Positions 37,956-47,981 of a stretch of 64,000 bases of DNA are shown piece after piece. The DNA comes from an uncultured Gammaproteobacteria bacterium. Lineage in GTDB: Bacteria > Patescibacteriota > Microgenomatia > PFEM01 > DATLAM01. Within the stretch, counting starts at the first letter, position 1. Every line of letters begins with the position of its first letter. The translations under genes were made by a program, and so were the position numbers. The stretch lies in the NCBI GenBank assembly GCA_964566925.1, contig CAZMIZ010000001.1:219968-283967 (forward strand), in the 5' to 3' direction. Below the pieces are notes generated by a model, which saw only the letters and a list, made by a program, of their open reading frames with translations, did not search any database and was not told where the DNA came from.

Positions 37956-38894
37956 GTGAAAAACTTGATTAAGAAATTTTTATTAACTGGTGCCGCTTTG
38001 ATTTTTGCCTCTGGGGTGCTGATTACTTCGGTGATGAGGACATCGGCTCAAAGTTTAGCTCAATCTTATCAGGTAGAGCCAGTTTCGGTGACCGCGACTG
38101 ATGAGGCCATTCCTGAAGAGGTTGAAGGGACATCAGCGGCGGAAGCGGTTGAATATCAGCTTGCTTATCCCGGGATTTTACCCGATCATTTTCTTTATCC
38201 TTTGAAAATGATTAGGGATCAGATTTGGCTTTTTCTTACCACCGATTCTCTGAAAAAAGCCGAGCTCTTACTGCGTTTTGCCGACAAAAGGCTTTGGGCT
38301 TCCGAGATGCTCCTTGATAAGGCGAAAGAGGATTTGGCAGTAACTACGGCGACTAAAGCTGAAAAATACTTAGAGAGAGCCGTGGTTCAGGGAAAAGAGG
38401 CAAAAAAGGCCGGTAAGGAAACGGAAGTCTTTTTTGAAAAACTTTCCCAAGCTAGCCTGAAACATGAAGAGATGCTTTTAGGAATAAAGGATCGGGTTTC
38501 CGATAAAGCTAAAGGGATGGTTGAGAAAGCGCTTGAATACCCTCGTCGACTTTTGAAAGAAATAGAGAAAGGGTCTGAAGGAAAAGAGATTAGTGCCAGT
38601 TTAACTCTGGAATTCAGCCCAAACAAAATTGACACCTACCCCGATCTTCAACTTGAGCAACCGGTAACTGTTTTTGAGGCTTTGGAAAAAGTGGCTGGAG
38701 ATAACGAAATTGAGTTGGTGACTAAGCAATATGATTTTGGCGTTTTGGTAGAGTCGATTGGGGAGATAAAAAACACCCAAGATCAAGCCTGGATTTATTT
38801 TGTTAATGATCAGGCCGGCGAGGTGGCTTCGGATCAATATGAACTTTCTGACGGAGATATGATAGAATGGCGCTATATTGAGCCGGAGTTTTAA
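37956..38894 (+). CDS. Secreted protein with DUF5667/DUF4430-like regions
   Basis: signal/TM anchor; by-eye similarity. Confidence 0.55.
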   Translation: MKNLIKKFLLTGAALIFASGVLITSVMRTSAQSLAQSYQVEPVSVTATDEAIPEEVEGTSAAEAVEYQLAYPGILPDHFLYPLKMIRDQIWLFLTTDSLKKAELLLRFADKRLWASEMLLDKAKEDLAVTTATKAEKYLERAVVQGKEAKKAGKETEVFFEKLSQASLKHEEMLLGIKDRVSDKAKGMVEKALEYPRRLLKEIEKGSEGKEISASLTLEFSPNKIDTYPDLQLEQPVTVFEALEKVAGDNEIELVTKQYDFGVLVESIGEIKNTQDQAWIYFVNDQAGEVASDQYELSDGDMIEWRYIEPEF

Positions 38895-38919
38895 GATAAG
38901 AGGAGACAAGGATTTCTAA

Positions 38920-39462
38920 ATGAAAAAGCTATTGGCAGCTTTAATTTTAATTGGTTTGGGAGTGGCGGGGAGGACTGTTTTCCATCTTGCTCCCAACGTG
39001 GAGATGGTTACCTTAGCCTCGTTTTTGGCCGCCACCTATTTAGGGCGGAAATATGCCCTTTTGGTTCCTTTTGTAATCATGGTGATTACCGATACCTTGA
39101 TCGGGAACACCCACATTTTTATTTTTACCTGGTCGGCTTGGTTGATGATTGGGCTTTCCGGTTTGATTTTAAGAAAAACAAGCGGTCTTAAACTAATCGG
39201 TGCTGCTGCCGGAATGGGAATTTTAACTTCTTTATTTTTTTATCTTTACACCAATTTTGGCGTTTGGATTCTTGATTCTTGGGGAATGTATGACCGAAGC
39301 CTGACGGGATTAATTAATTGTTACGTCATGGGATTGCCTTTTTTGAAAGTCAATCTTTTGGGTAATTTAATTTTTGTTCCCGCCGGCTTTTCTGTAGCCG
39401 AATTGCTCTTTCGAAAAGAAAAGATCTTTAGTTTAGCGAAAGTTAAACAGTTGACATTTTGA
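38920..39462 (+). CDS. Membrane protein, ECF-transporter S-component-like
   Basis: 180 aa, 5-6 TM. Confidence 0.45.
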   Translation: MKKLLAALILIGLGVAGRTVFHLAPNVEMVTLASFLAATYLGRKYALLVPFVIMVITDTLIGNTHIFIFTWSAWLMIGLSGLILRKTSGLKLIGAAAGMGILTSLFFYLYTNFGVWILDSWGMYDRSLTGLINCYVMGLPFLKVNLLGNLIFVPAGFSVAELLFRKEKIFSLAKVKQLTF

Positions 39463-39469
39463 AAATTAG

Positions 39470-39564
39470 CTCTAAGCACAGGAAACACCGGTAAAAGCCG
39501 GGGCTGTGCCGCAACTGTAACCCCGCCCCACTTGAGGCGGGGAAGCCAGAACACTGGCTTAGAG
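39470..39564 (+). ncRNA. Unassigned structured RNA element
   Basis: P1 CUCUAAGC/GCUUAGAG encloses hairpins CCGG-uaaaag-CCGG, CCCCGCC-ccacuugag-GGCGGGG and GCCAG-aaca-CUGGC. Confidence 0.3.
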
Positions 39565-39608
39565 AAAGTTATTCGTCCTCTCGAGCAAGGGGAGAAGGCT
39601 AGCGATGA

Positions 39609-39643
39609 AAACCTTCTTGCGGCTCGAGAAGGTTTTTTGTTTG
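39609..39643 (+). terminator. Intrinsic terminator with possible anti-terminator (CTCGAG present twice)
   Basis: aaccttct-tgcggctcg-agaaggtt + ttttgtttgt. Confidence 0.5.
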
Positions 39644-39644
39644 T

Positions 39645-41624
39645 ATGGGGAAAGAACAACTTTTTGGTTTTTGTCCTTTTAGTTGGAAATCAGAGATAAT
39701 TGGGGTTATTGATAGTGTCCGCCATGGCCGGCCTTTAACTAAACGACTCAAAGGGACAACGGAAAATCTTTTAAGCGCCAGGAATGAAACCCAGGACCCA
39801 TCTGCCTATTCAGTCTGGGAGTATCAAGAGGGGATTGATAGAAAGGGGCGGCCCGACCTGGTTCATCCCCATTTCGGCTCAATGACCGACTCTCTTTTGC
39901 GGTATGTCGCCATTCAGAAATCATCGGCCGACCAGAGGATGGCTAGATTTCAATTAAAACAATGGCGATTGTTAAAAGAGGTTTTTTTAGAACTTAAGGA
40001 CGGAGAGGAAATTTACGCTTTAATCCCAAAGGCAGCCGAGATTGAGGACGGGGTCGCCTTAATGAAGTTAACGAAAGAGGGTGGTCGCTTCCTGAGTGAA
40101 AGCCAACTTTTACCCGAAAATTTTAATCAGGAAACAGTCACTCGGCTTTTTGAAAAGCTTCAAGAAAAAGGAATGGAGATAAAAAGCCTTGATGGGAGAG
40201 AGTCTTCTTTGCTTTTCTGGGTTGCTCAAGGAGGAAGAGAAACTTCGATTGATCTCAAAGAAGGTTTGCTACCAATCCTAAGCGAACTTTCCCAGCCGAT
40301 TTTAGCCCCGTCAAGGTTAACATCGCCCTCCTTTTCAGAGTTAGTTTTATCAAAAGAAGTTTTTGACTACCAGCCAATTCTAGGACCAATAGTCGAAATT
40401 GTTCAGAAAGAGAGCGTTGTCTTTTCTGCCGCCAATTTGACAACCACCCCTCCCAGAGGCGAGGAAAAAACTCTTTTTAGTCAAATAGCCACCTCAAGAT
40501 TAATCCTTCCGCCTGATTTACCCAATTTCTCGCGATCGCTGGAAAACGGCCAGCCTGGATTTTTGGAAGGGAACAGATTGACTAAGGAAAATCAACTTGT
40601 TGAAAAAAACGAAGAAGGTTCTGTTAAAAAAGAGCCGATCCTTGATCTGGAATTGTCAGACTTAAAGACAAAGGGAGTTGTTCAACCAGCTGAACCCCAA
40701 GAGACAGTTGCTGAAATAGTTAGTCATGATCAATTTGAAGGGGTTAACAGAGAAGAGGAAGAAATTGTTGTTTTTAGAGCGACTGAGTCCCTCCCATCAA
40801 AAATAGAACCCTTCTTTTTTAATCCGAAGAGACCTCAAGGCGATGAAAAGAAAATGTTAGAAATCGTCTTGCCTCTCTCTTGCCAGTTTAGTCGCCTTGA
40901 TAAGAGAGAAATTACTTTGCCAACCTTAACTATTCCTTGGATGGAGACGCCTTTAATTGAGACATTTTCGGCCGTTTTGGTTGAAGGATCGGTTTCTCAA
41001 GAGGTTGATCCACCAACACTAAAAGAGGAAGAGAGGAGTAGTGACAACCAGTCAGAGATAAAACTGCCTCCCCTGGACGAAGTCGTGACAGGGATAATGA
41101 TGGCCGAGGAAAGACCCGAAAGGTTATTGGAAGAGGGAATAATGGCTCTATCAAAACCTGGATCGGAAATTTCCAGAACTTTTCCTGATAGGCGATTTAA
41201 CTTTGATTTTTTAAAACGAAAGAGGAGAAATCAACCAGAGGAAGTTTTCCTTAATCTCAGACAGAAATTTCTAAATCGAAATCTGCGAGAGAGAAGAGTT
41301 CTTGATTGGCGAGAACGGCTTTTCCCAAAAGAAATGAATCGTATTGCTCCCACCGCCCGAGATTGGTTTGGGATTAGACAATCGCTCCTTTCTCCAGCCA
41401 TGATCGATTTAGTTATTTTCTGGCTTTTGGAAATGGACTTGATTATTTCTCAACCAGCTCTTTATCAACTAAGGCCAAGTGGTTTACCTCTAATGGTGTT
41501 TAAGAAAGACGGAAGACTTTTGGTAGCAAAGAGGGGAATTCGCGATGATTCTCTGGGAATTGAAAGTTTGCTGACCCGAAGAAAAGAACTCTTTTCTCAA
41601 CCTTTTTTATTTTTAACAATCTAA
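39645..41624 (+). CDS. Large hypothetical protein, no recognisable domain; start uncertain
   Basis: 659-aa ORF. Confidence 0.5.
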   Translation: MGKEQLFGFCPFSWKSEIIGVIDSVRHGRPLTKRLKGTTENLLSARNETQDPSAYSVWEYQEGIDRKGRPDLVHPHFGSMTDSLLRYVAIQKSSADQRMARFQLKQWRLLKEVFLELKDGEEIYALIPKAAEIEDGVALMKLTKEGGRFLSESQLLPENFNQETVTRLFEKLQEKGMEIKSLDGRESSLLFWVAQGGRETSIDLKEGLLPILSELSQPILAPSRLTSPSFSELVLSKEVFDYQPILGPIVEIVQKESVVFSAANLTTTPPRGEEKTLFSQIATSRLILPPDLPNFSRSLENGQPGFLEGNRLTKENQLVEKNEEGSVKKEPILDLELSDLKTKGVVQPAEPQETVAEIVSHDQFEGVNREEEEIVVFRATESLPSKIEPFFFNPKRPQGDEKKMLEIVLPLSCQFSRLDKREITLPTLTIPWMETPLIETFSAVLVEGSVSQEVDPPTLKEEERSSDNQSEIKLPPLDEVVTGIMMAEERPERLLEEGIMALSKPGSEISRTFPDRRFNFDFLKRKRRNQPEEVFLNLRQKFLNRNLRERRVLDWRERLFPKEMNRIAPTARDWFGIRQSLLSPAMIDLVIFWLLEMDLIISQPALYQLRPSGLPLMVFKKDGRLLVAKRGIRDDSLGIESLLTRRKELFSQPFLFLTI

Positions 41625-41910
41625 AACTTTAAAGAGCAAATTTTTTGCCCCCCCTTCCGTCACCGGATTTATTTTTCGGAAAGAGAAAGTATTCAATTTG
41701 GAGAAAATTATCGCCACCAAAATCTTTAATCGAAAAGACCAAAAACTGCTGGCTCTTAAACTTCTGATACATTTTGATGTTTTTTTTGGGGCTTGACAAG
41801 GAGACAAGGGGAGAGGTTAAGATTACTTCACTTGTTCGACTGAGTGTTTGGATTATTTGTAAACTCCTGCCATTTCTCAAAAGAGAAATTTTTGTTTTTT
41901 AAGGATTTTT

Positions 41911-44028
41911 ATGGCAAAGAAAATTAAACTGACGATTAAGAAGATTAAAAAGCGGGATGGCCGAGTGGTTCCCTTTGATCGAAAGCGGATTGCCAATGCC
42001 ATTTGGAAGGCAGCTCGGGCGGTGGGAGGAAAAGATCGAAAAAGGGCCCAGTATCTTTCTGGCGAAGTAACCAAGATTTTAGAGGATCGTTTTAATGGCC
42101 ACACGATTGCTACGGTGGAGCAAGTTCAAGATGTTGTTGAGCAAGTGTTGATGCGCCACGGCCACTATACGACCGCTAAAGCCTACATTCTTTATCGGGA
42201 TCTTCATAACAAACTTCGCGATGTCAAGTCTTTAATTGATTCAGATGAACTGATTGGTAATTATATCAACGGAATGGACTGGCAAGTTAAAGAAAACAGC
42301 AACATGAGTTATTCCCTCCAAGGATTGAATAATCACGTGGCCTCGGATATCTCACGGCGCTATTGGCTTAACCAGCTTTACCCTAAGGACGCTAAAAATG
42401 CTCATCTTTCTGGTGATTTTCATATTCATGACCTCCAACTTTTGGCTCCCTATTGCGTCGGTTGGGACCTTAAAGATTTTTTAATAAGAGGTTTTACCGG
42501 CGTTCCCGGAAAACTCTCTAGTGCTCCACCAAAACATCTTCGAACCGCCCTGGGCCAACTCTATAATCTTTTCTACACTCTCCAGGGTGAATCAGCTGGG
42601 GCGAATGCCGTTTCTAGTTTTGACACTCTACTGGCGCCTTTTATCTGGAAAGATAGGCTTTCCTATAAAGAGGTTAGACAGGCGATGCAGGAGTTTTTGA
42701 ACAACATGAATGTTCCCACCCGGGTCGGTTTTCAGACGCCTTTTACCAACATTACCCTTGATCTTCATCCCCCTAAGACTTTTGCTGAAGAGGCAGCGAT
42801 TATCGGGGGGAAACCGATTAATCGAAAATATAAATCTTTTCAAAAAGAAATGAATATGATTAATCGGGCTTTTGCCGAAGTGATGTTTGATGGTGATTCT
42901 CAAGGGAGAGTTTATACTTTTCCAATTCCTACCTACAACATTACTCGCGATTTTCATTGGGGCAACGGTGAGTGGAATTTTATTTGGGAAATGACTGCCA
43001 AGTATGGGATTCCCTATTTTTCCAATTTTGTTAATTCCGATATGAAGCCAGAAGACGCTCGGAGTATGTGTTGTCGACTTCGCCTTGATAATCGAGAATT
43101 AAGGAAACGAGGGGGCGGTTATTTTGGTTCGAATCCTTTGACGGGTAGCATTGGGGTGGTTACCCTCAATTTGGCTCGGATTGGTTATCTGGCTAAAAAT
43201 GAAGAAGATTATTTCCGGCGGCTAACTAAGTTGATGGACATCGCTCGAGAGAGCCTTTTAACCAAACGTCAAGCCCTTGAAACATTGACAGAACAAGGCC
43301 TTTATCCTTATTCGCGATTTTATCTTGCCGGCATCAAAAAACGTTTTGGCGGTTACTGGAAGAATCATTTCAACACGATTGGCATTCATGGTATGAATGA
43401 GGGTTTAACAAATTTCATGAATGAGGATATTGGTTCTAATAAGGGCAGGCGATTTGCCATCAAAACTCTTGATTTTATTAGGAAAAGATTGGCTAATTAC
43501 CAAAAAGAGGTCAATGAGCTTTTTAATCTTGAAGCCACCCCAGCCGAAGGCACCACTTATCGCTTCGCCACCCTAGACAAGAAAATTTATCCTAAGATTA
43601 AGGTGGCTAACGAAAAAGACGTTCGAGAAAATGGCGGCCAACCTTACTACACCAACTCCACCCAGCTGCCAGTAGGCTACACTGATGATATTTTTGAAGC
43701 TTTAGATCTTCAGGACGAACTTCAGACCAGATATACCGGCGGCACGGTCCTTCATGGATTTTTGGGGGAAGCCATTCAAGATGGAGAAGCAACCAAGTTG
43801 TTAGTCAAGAAAATTGCGGAAAATTATCATCTTCCTTATTACACTTTGACGCCGACTTTCAGCGTTTGTGAGTCACATGGCTACCTTAAGGGGAGGCAGG
43901 AGTCTTGCCCGGATTGTGGAGCCAGGACAGAAATTTTTTCCCGGGTGGTGGGTTATCTTCGGCCAATTCAGCAATGGAATCCCGGAAAACGGGCTGAATT
44001 TCGGGATCGGAAAGGTTTTGTTGTTTAA
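41911..44028 (+). CDS. nrdD: Anaerobic ribonucleoside-triphosphate reductase NrdD
   Basis: N-terminal ATP-cone; C-terminal CPDCG Zn-site and RVVGYLRP glycyl-radical motif. Confidence 0.9.
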   Translation: MAKKIKLTIKKIKKRDGRVVPFDRKRIANAIWKAARAVGGKDRKRAQYLSGEVTKILEDRFNGHTIATVEQVQDVVEQVLMRHGHYTTAKAYILYRDLHNKLRDVKSLIDSDELIGNYINGMDWQVKENSNMSYSLQGLNNHVASDISRRYWLNQLYPKDAKNAHLSGDFHIHDLQLLAPYCVGWDLKDFLIRGFTGVPGKLSSAPPKHLRTALGQLYNLFYTLQGESAGANAVSSFDTLLAPFIWKDRLSYKEVRQAMQEFLNNMNVPTRVGFQTPFTNITLDLHPPKTFAEEAAIIGGKPINRKYKSFQKEMNMINRAFAEVMFDGDSQGRVYTFPIPTYNITRDFHWGNGEWNFIWEMTAKYGIPYFSNFVNSDMKPEDARSMCCRLRLDNRELRKRGGGYFGSNPLTGSIGVVTLNLARIGYLAKNEEDYFRRLTKLMDIARESLLTKRQALETLTEQGLYPYSRFYLAGIKKRFGGYWKNHFNTIGIHGMNEGLTNFMNEDIGSNKGRRFAIKTLDFIRKRLANYQKEVNELFNLEATPAEGTTYRFATLDKKIYPKIKVANEKDVRENGGQPYYTNSTQLPVGYTDDIFEALDLQDELQTRYTGGTVLHGFLGEAIQDGEATKLLVKKIAENYHLPYYTLTPTFSVCESHGYLKGRQESCPDCGARTEIFSRVVGYLRPIQQWNPGKRAEFRDRKGFVV

Positions 44029-44037
44029 TAAAGATCA

Positions 44038-44748
44038 ATGACTATTGGGGGGTTGCAGAAGGTCAGCCTGCTCGATTTTCCTGCCCATTTAGCCGCCATT
44101 GTTTTTGTTAAAGGCTGCAATTTTTCTTGTCCCTTTTGCTTCAATCGAGACCTGGTTTTAGGAGAAACGCCCACGATTAAGCAAACAACAATTCTTTCTT
44201 TTTTAAAAAAAAGAAAGAAGCTTCTTGATGGTGTAGTTCTGACCGGCGGGGAACCTCTCCTTCAAGAAGATTTAGAGAAGTTTATTAGACAGGTAAGACG
44301 TTTGGGTTATAAAATTAAACTGGATACCAACGGCGCCTCACCTGAGCTTTTAGAAAAACTAATTCAAAAGAAATTGCTCGATTATGTTGCCTTAGATTTT
44401 AAGGCCCCTTTTGATGAAACTTATACCAAAGCGGTGGGGAAGGAAGAGTTTGACCCAAAAGTGATTGGCGATTCGTTAAAAATAATCCTCAAATCAAAAA
44501 TTCCTTTCGAACTGCGGACGACCATTGTTCCGGGAATTCACGATCAAAAGACGTTAACAAAAATGGCCAGACAGCTAAAAAAAACTCTGGGTAAGAGAAA
44601 GGCTAGTTGGTATTGGCAAAACTTTCGGCCTACCAACTGCCTAAATCCCGAATTTGAAAAGATTTCTCCTTATAGCAAGATGGGATTAGAACGTTTTTTA
44701 AAAGCCGCCCAAAAATATTATCCAAAGGCCGAGTTAAGAGAAGGTTGA
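44038..44748 (+). CDS. nrdG: Anaerobic RNR activating protein NrdG (radical SAM)
   Basis: CNFSCPFCFN. Confidence 0.85.
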   Translation: MTIGGLQKVSLLDFPAHLAAIVFVKGCNFSCPFCFNRDLVLGETPTIKQTTILSFLKKRKKLLDGVVLTGGEPLLQEDLEKFIRQVRRLGYKIKLDTNGASPELLEKLIQKKLLDYVALDFKAPFDETYTKAVGKEEFDPKVIGDSLKIILKSKIPFELRTTIVPGIHDQKTLTKMARQLKKTLGKRKASWYWQNFRPTNCLNPEFEKISPYSKMGLERFLKAAQKYYPKAELREG

Positions 44749-45063
44749 ATGACAAAGTTAACCAAATTAAGCGAAATTCAAAAATATGTGGCTAAATGGA
44801 TTGAAAGGGTGGGGGAAAATGACTGGGAGAAATGGAATTACTTCGCCCGGTTAGTAGAAGAAGTAGGGGAGGTAGGCGAAATTCTTTCGATCAGAGAAGG
44901 GCACAAAAAATATAAAAAAGCCAAATCAGGAAGATTAGAAGAAGAGATGGGTGATATTCTCTTTGTTTTGGCGGCGCTAGCCAATAAATTAGAAGTTGAT
45001 TTAGAGGAAGCCTTTATCGAATGCCGCAAAAAGCTAAAAAGAAAATTCGGCGACATTGATTAG
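44749..45063 (+). CDS. MazG-like nucleotide pyrophosphohydrolase
   Basis: EEVGEVGE ... EEMGDILF. Confidence 0.7.
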   Translation: MTKLTKLSEIQKYVAKWIERVGENDWEKWNYFARLVEEVGEVGEILSIREGHKKYKKAKSGRLEEEMGDILFVLAALANKLEVDLEEAFIECRKKLKRKFGDID

Positions 45064-45073
45064 TTCTTGCTGA

Positions 45074-45493
45074 TTGTTTCCGAATCCAAGAAGTATTATA
45101 ATTGACTTCGAGATGGCTCAACTGCCCGATGAACCACAGGTTCCTTTACCAAAGGAACAAAAAGACCTTGTTTCTCGGCTTTTTCCGGAAAAGCATCCAG
45201 TGGTGGAACGAGCCACCACTCCTGAAGTGCCGCCCGAAATTGAGCACGCCGAGGCCATTCCTGGGGCCGAAATTCAACTACCCCAACCAGTGACCGATGA
45301 TACTACCGGTCAGGTATTGGTTACCTCGCCGACAGCCATCCAGCCCAAGATCGTCCTGCCTTTAACCGAAGAAGAGATTGAGAGAGGTTTACACCTGAAA
45401 GTGATCCATTCTTTTCGTTGGCTGGCTGAATGGTGTCGACGGCTAATCAAGGTCTTTCACGGCCAAGTGGTTTACCGACAGGCTAAAAAATAA
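45074..45493 (+). CDS. Hypothetical Pro/Glu-rich protein
   Basis: 139-aa ORF. Confidence 0.4.
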   Translation: MFPNPRSIIIDFEMAQLPDEPQVPLPKEQKDLVSRLFPEKHPVVERATTPEVPPEIEHAEAIPGAEIQLPQPVTDDTTGQVLVTSPTAIQPKIVLPLTEEEIERGLHLKVIHSFRWLAEWCRRLIKVFHGQVVYRQAKK

Positions 45494-47835
45494 TGAGTCC
45501 TAATCTGGCTACCAATTTAATCAACAACATTCAATACTTTGTTTTCTTATTTCTTTTGGCTGGGATAGCCTGCTTAGGCTTAGTTGGTTTAGGCTATCTG
45601 GCTCTTCTTTGGGGGAAACACCGCCATCGAGAAGAGCATTCTCTAAATTTTGTTCTCCTTCAAGTTTCGGTGCCGCGAGACAACGAAATCAAAATTGACG
45701 CCGCCGAGCAACTCTTTGCCAGTCTTTATTCAATTAAAAAAGGCGGCTGGTTTTCTTTTTTGCGACCTCAAGAACACGTTTCTTTTGAGATTGTTGCCCT
45801 CCCCGAAGATATTCGCTTCTATATGTCTGTTCCTGAAAAATTGCGGGATATGGTAGAAAAGCAAATTCATGGGGCTTATCCAGGTGCAGAAGTTAAGGAA
45901 GCTCCAGAGTACAAAATATTTTCAGAAAAAGGCAAAGTTGCCTTTACATCTTTACAATTGAGGGCAGCTTCTTTCAACCCAATTAAGGTTTATCGAGATT
46001 TACCGACCGATCCTTTGTCTTCGATTACCAGTGCTTTAGCCAAAATGCAAGAAAGGGAGGGGGCGGCGATCCAGATTATTGTTTCGCCTGCAGATAATAA
46101 GTGGCGGGCCGCCGGCAAAAGTTTTATTTCTAAAACTAAAAAAGAAGAAGCCGATGTTGAGAAGGCTAAATTTAAGATTGATGCCAAAACCTTAGAGGCA
46201 ATTGAAAATAAATGTTCCAAGCCCGGCTTTGAAGTTATTATTCGGATGGTGGTTTCCGCGGAAACCACAGAAGCGGCCAAGGCCCATCTTTCCAATCTTA
46301 AAAGCGCTTTTGAGCAGTTTTCCGGAGATCTGAACGGCTTTAAGAAGCGCAAACAGCTTATTAAAAGAACCTTCATGATTGATTTTATTTATCGGTATGC
46401 CCCAATGTTCCATTTTCTAGGAAAAAGGTCGATTCTTAATTCAGAAGAATTGGCGACTATCTTTCATTTTCCCAATAAATCAGTGGAGACACCTCACATT
46501 CATTGGCTTTATTCTAAAAGAGCCCCGGCCCCAATTGAAGTTCCCAAGACTGGCCTTTTTCTTGGTAAAAGTGTTTATCGGGGGGTGACCCGAAAGGTTT
46601 ATATTTCAGATAGCGATCGGCGGCGCCATCTCTATATTATTGGTAAAACCGGGACCGGCAAATCCGAGCTTTTGCGTGATTTGGTTCTCCAAGACATTAG
46701 GAGCGGCAAAGGTGTTTGTTTGATCGACCCTCATGATTTAGCTGAGGACTTATTGGGCTATATTCCGCCGGAACGGGCCGAAGACGTGATTTACTTTGAT
46801 CCTTCGGACACCGAACGACCCATGGGCTTGAATCTTCTTGAGGCCTACAACGAGGAACAACAACATTTTATCACCACGGCGATTATTAACCTGATGTATA
46901 AACTTTACGATCCTTATAAAACGGGAATCATTGGTCCCAGGTTCGAGCACGCAATCAGAAACGCGATGTTAACCGTCATGGCCGAACCAGGGAACACTTT
47001 TGTGGAAGTGGTTCGCTGTCTGACCGATTCTAAATTTGTTCAAGAACTTCTCCCTAAAGTAACTGACCCGATGGTCCGCCGCTATTGGACAGACCAAATT
47101 GCCCAGACAGCCGACTTCCATAAATCCGAGGTTTTAGACTATATTGTTTCTAAGTTTGGCCGGTTTGTTACCAACAAGATGATGCGTAATATCATTGGCC
47201 AGTCTAAATCAGCTTTTGATTTCAGAAAAGTGATGGACGAGGGAAAAATTTTAATTATAAACCTAGCTAAAGGAAAAATTGGGGAAGAAAATTCCAGCTT
47301 TTTGGGATTGGTCATGATTCCCAGAATCTTGATTGGGGCAATGAGTCGGGCCGATGTTCCTGAAGAGAAGCGGCGCGATTTTTATCTTTACGTTGATGAA
47401 TTTCAAAACTTTGCTACTCCTGACTTTGCCCAGATCCTTTCCGAGGCAAGAAAATTTAGACTTAACCTGACTGTGGCCAATCAGTTTATTGGCCAGATGG
47501 AAGAAGAAGTTAAGAATGCGGTTTTTGGTAACGTCGGCACAATTGTTGCTTTTCGGGTGGGAGTTTCTGATGCCAACTATTTAGCCCGAGAATATCAGCC
47601 GGTCTTCGCTGAAGACGATCTTTTAAACATTGACCGCTTCCATGTTTACATTAAAACGATTGTTAACAATGAGCCAGTCCCTGCTTTTTCGATGGATTTG
47701 ACTAAAGACATGAAGGCCATGGAGAAGGAGAGAAATCCCAAAGTAGCGGAGATGATCAAACAGCTTTCCCGTCTCAAGCTTGGTCACGACAAACAAATAG
47801 TGGAAGCAGAGATCGCCCAAAGAGCTCGACTTTAG
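45493..47835 (+). CDS. VirD4/TraD-like (DUF87) P-loop ATPase, membrane-anchored
   Basis: N-terminal TM pair; Walker A IIGKTGTGKS; Walker B LYVDEFQNF. Confidence 0.65.
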   Translation: MSPNLATNLINNIQYFVFLFLLAGIACLGLVGLGYLALLWGKHRHREEHSLNFVLLQVSVPRDNEIKIDAAEQLFASLYSIKKGGWFSFLRPQEHVSFEIVALPEDIRFYMSVPEKLRDMVEKQIHGAYPGAEVKEAPEYKIFSEKGKVAFTSLQLRAASFNPIKVYRDLPTDPLSSITSALAKMQEREGAAIQIIVSPADNKWRAAGKSFISKTKKEEADVEKAKFKIDAKTLEAIENKCSKPGFEVIIRMVVSAETTEAAKAHLSNLKSAFEQFSGDLNGFKKRKQLIKRTFMIDFIYRYAPMFHFLGKRSILNSEELATIFHFPNKSVETPHIHWLYSKRAPAPIEVPKTGLFLGKSVYRGVTRKVYISDSDRRRHLYIIGKTGTGKSELLRDLVLQDIRSGKGVCLIDPHDLAEDLLGYIPPERAEDVIYFDPSDTERPMGLNLLEAYNEEQQHFITTAIINLMYKLYDPYKTGIIGPRFEHAIRNAMLTVMAEPGNTFVEVVRCLTDSKFVQELLPKVTDPMVRRYWTDQIAQTADFHKSEVLDYIVSKFGRFVTNKMMRNIIGQSKSAFDFRKVMDEGKILIINLAKGKIGEENSSFLGLVMIPRILIGAMSRADVPEEKRRDFYLYVDEFQNFATPDFAQILSEARKFRLNLTVANQFIGQMEEEVKNAVFGNVGTIVAFRVGVSDANYLAREYQPVFAEDDLLNIDRFHVYIKTIVNNEPVPAFSMDLTKDMKAMEKERNPKVAEMIKQLSRLKLGHDKQIVEAEIAQRARL

Positions 47836-47860
47836 GCTCAGAATTTGCTAAAATTAGCCT

Positions 47861-47932
47861 GGGCCTGTAGTTCAACGGTAAGAACGGGATTCTTATAAAG
47901 TCCAAACGAAGGTTCGACTCCTTCCAGGCCCA
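47861..47932 (+). tRNA. tRNA-Ile (anticodon UAU), no encoded CCA
   Basis: GGGCCTG-TA-GTTC-AACGGTAA-GAAC-G-GGATT-CTTATAA-AGTCC-AAAC-GAAGG-TTCGACT-CCTTC-CAGGCCC-A. Confidence 0.8.
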
Positions 47933-47935
47933 CTA

Positions 47936-47960
47936 AAAATCCCGCTTTTAGCGGGATTCT
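47936..47960. terminator. Hairpin (bidirectional terminator candidate)
   Basis: aaatcccgc-tttta-gcgggatt. Confidence 0.35.
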
Positions 47961-47981
47961 TAATATCTTAATATATTTTTC

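Noticed and set aside
39470-39564. SRP RNA (4.5S) or cobalamin riboswitch identity for the structured element
   Set aside because: There is only partial resemblance to SRP domain IV (UGUGCCG, CAGG..CCGG). No GGAA-tetraloop apical hairpin or GGAAGCAGCC motif is present. The B12-box match is weak, and a B12 riboswitch would also be 3' of the transporter. Left unassigned.
41780-41910. NrdR box / promoter upstream of nrdD
   Set aside because: TTGACA-like -35 present but only a weak imperfect palindrome (CACTTG...CTGAGTG); no convincing tandem 16-bp NrdR boxes, and no nrdR gene in window
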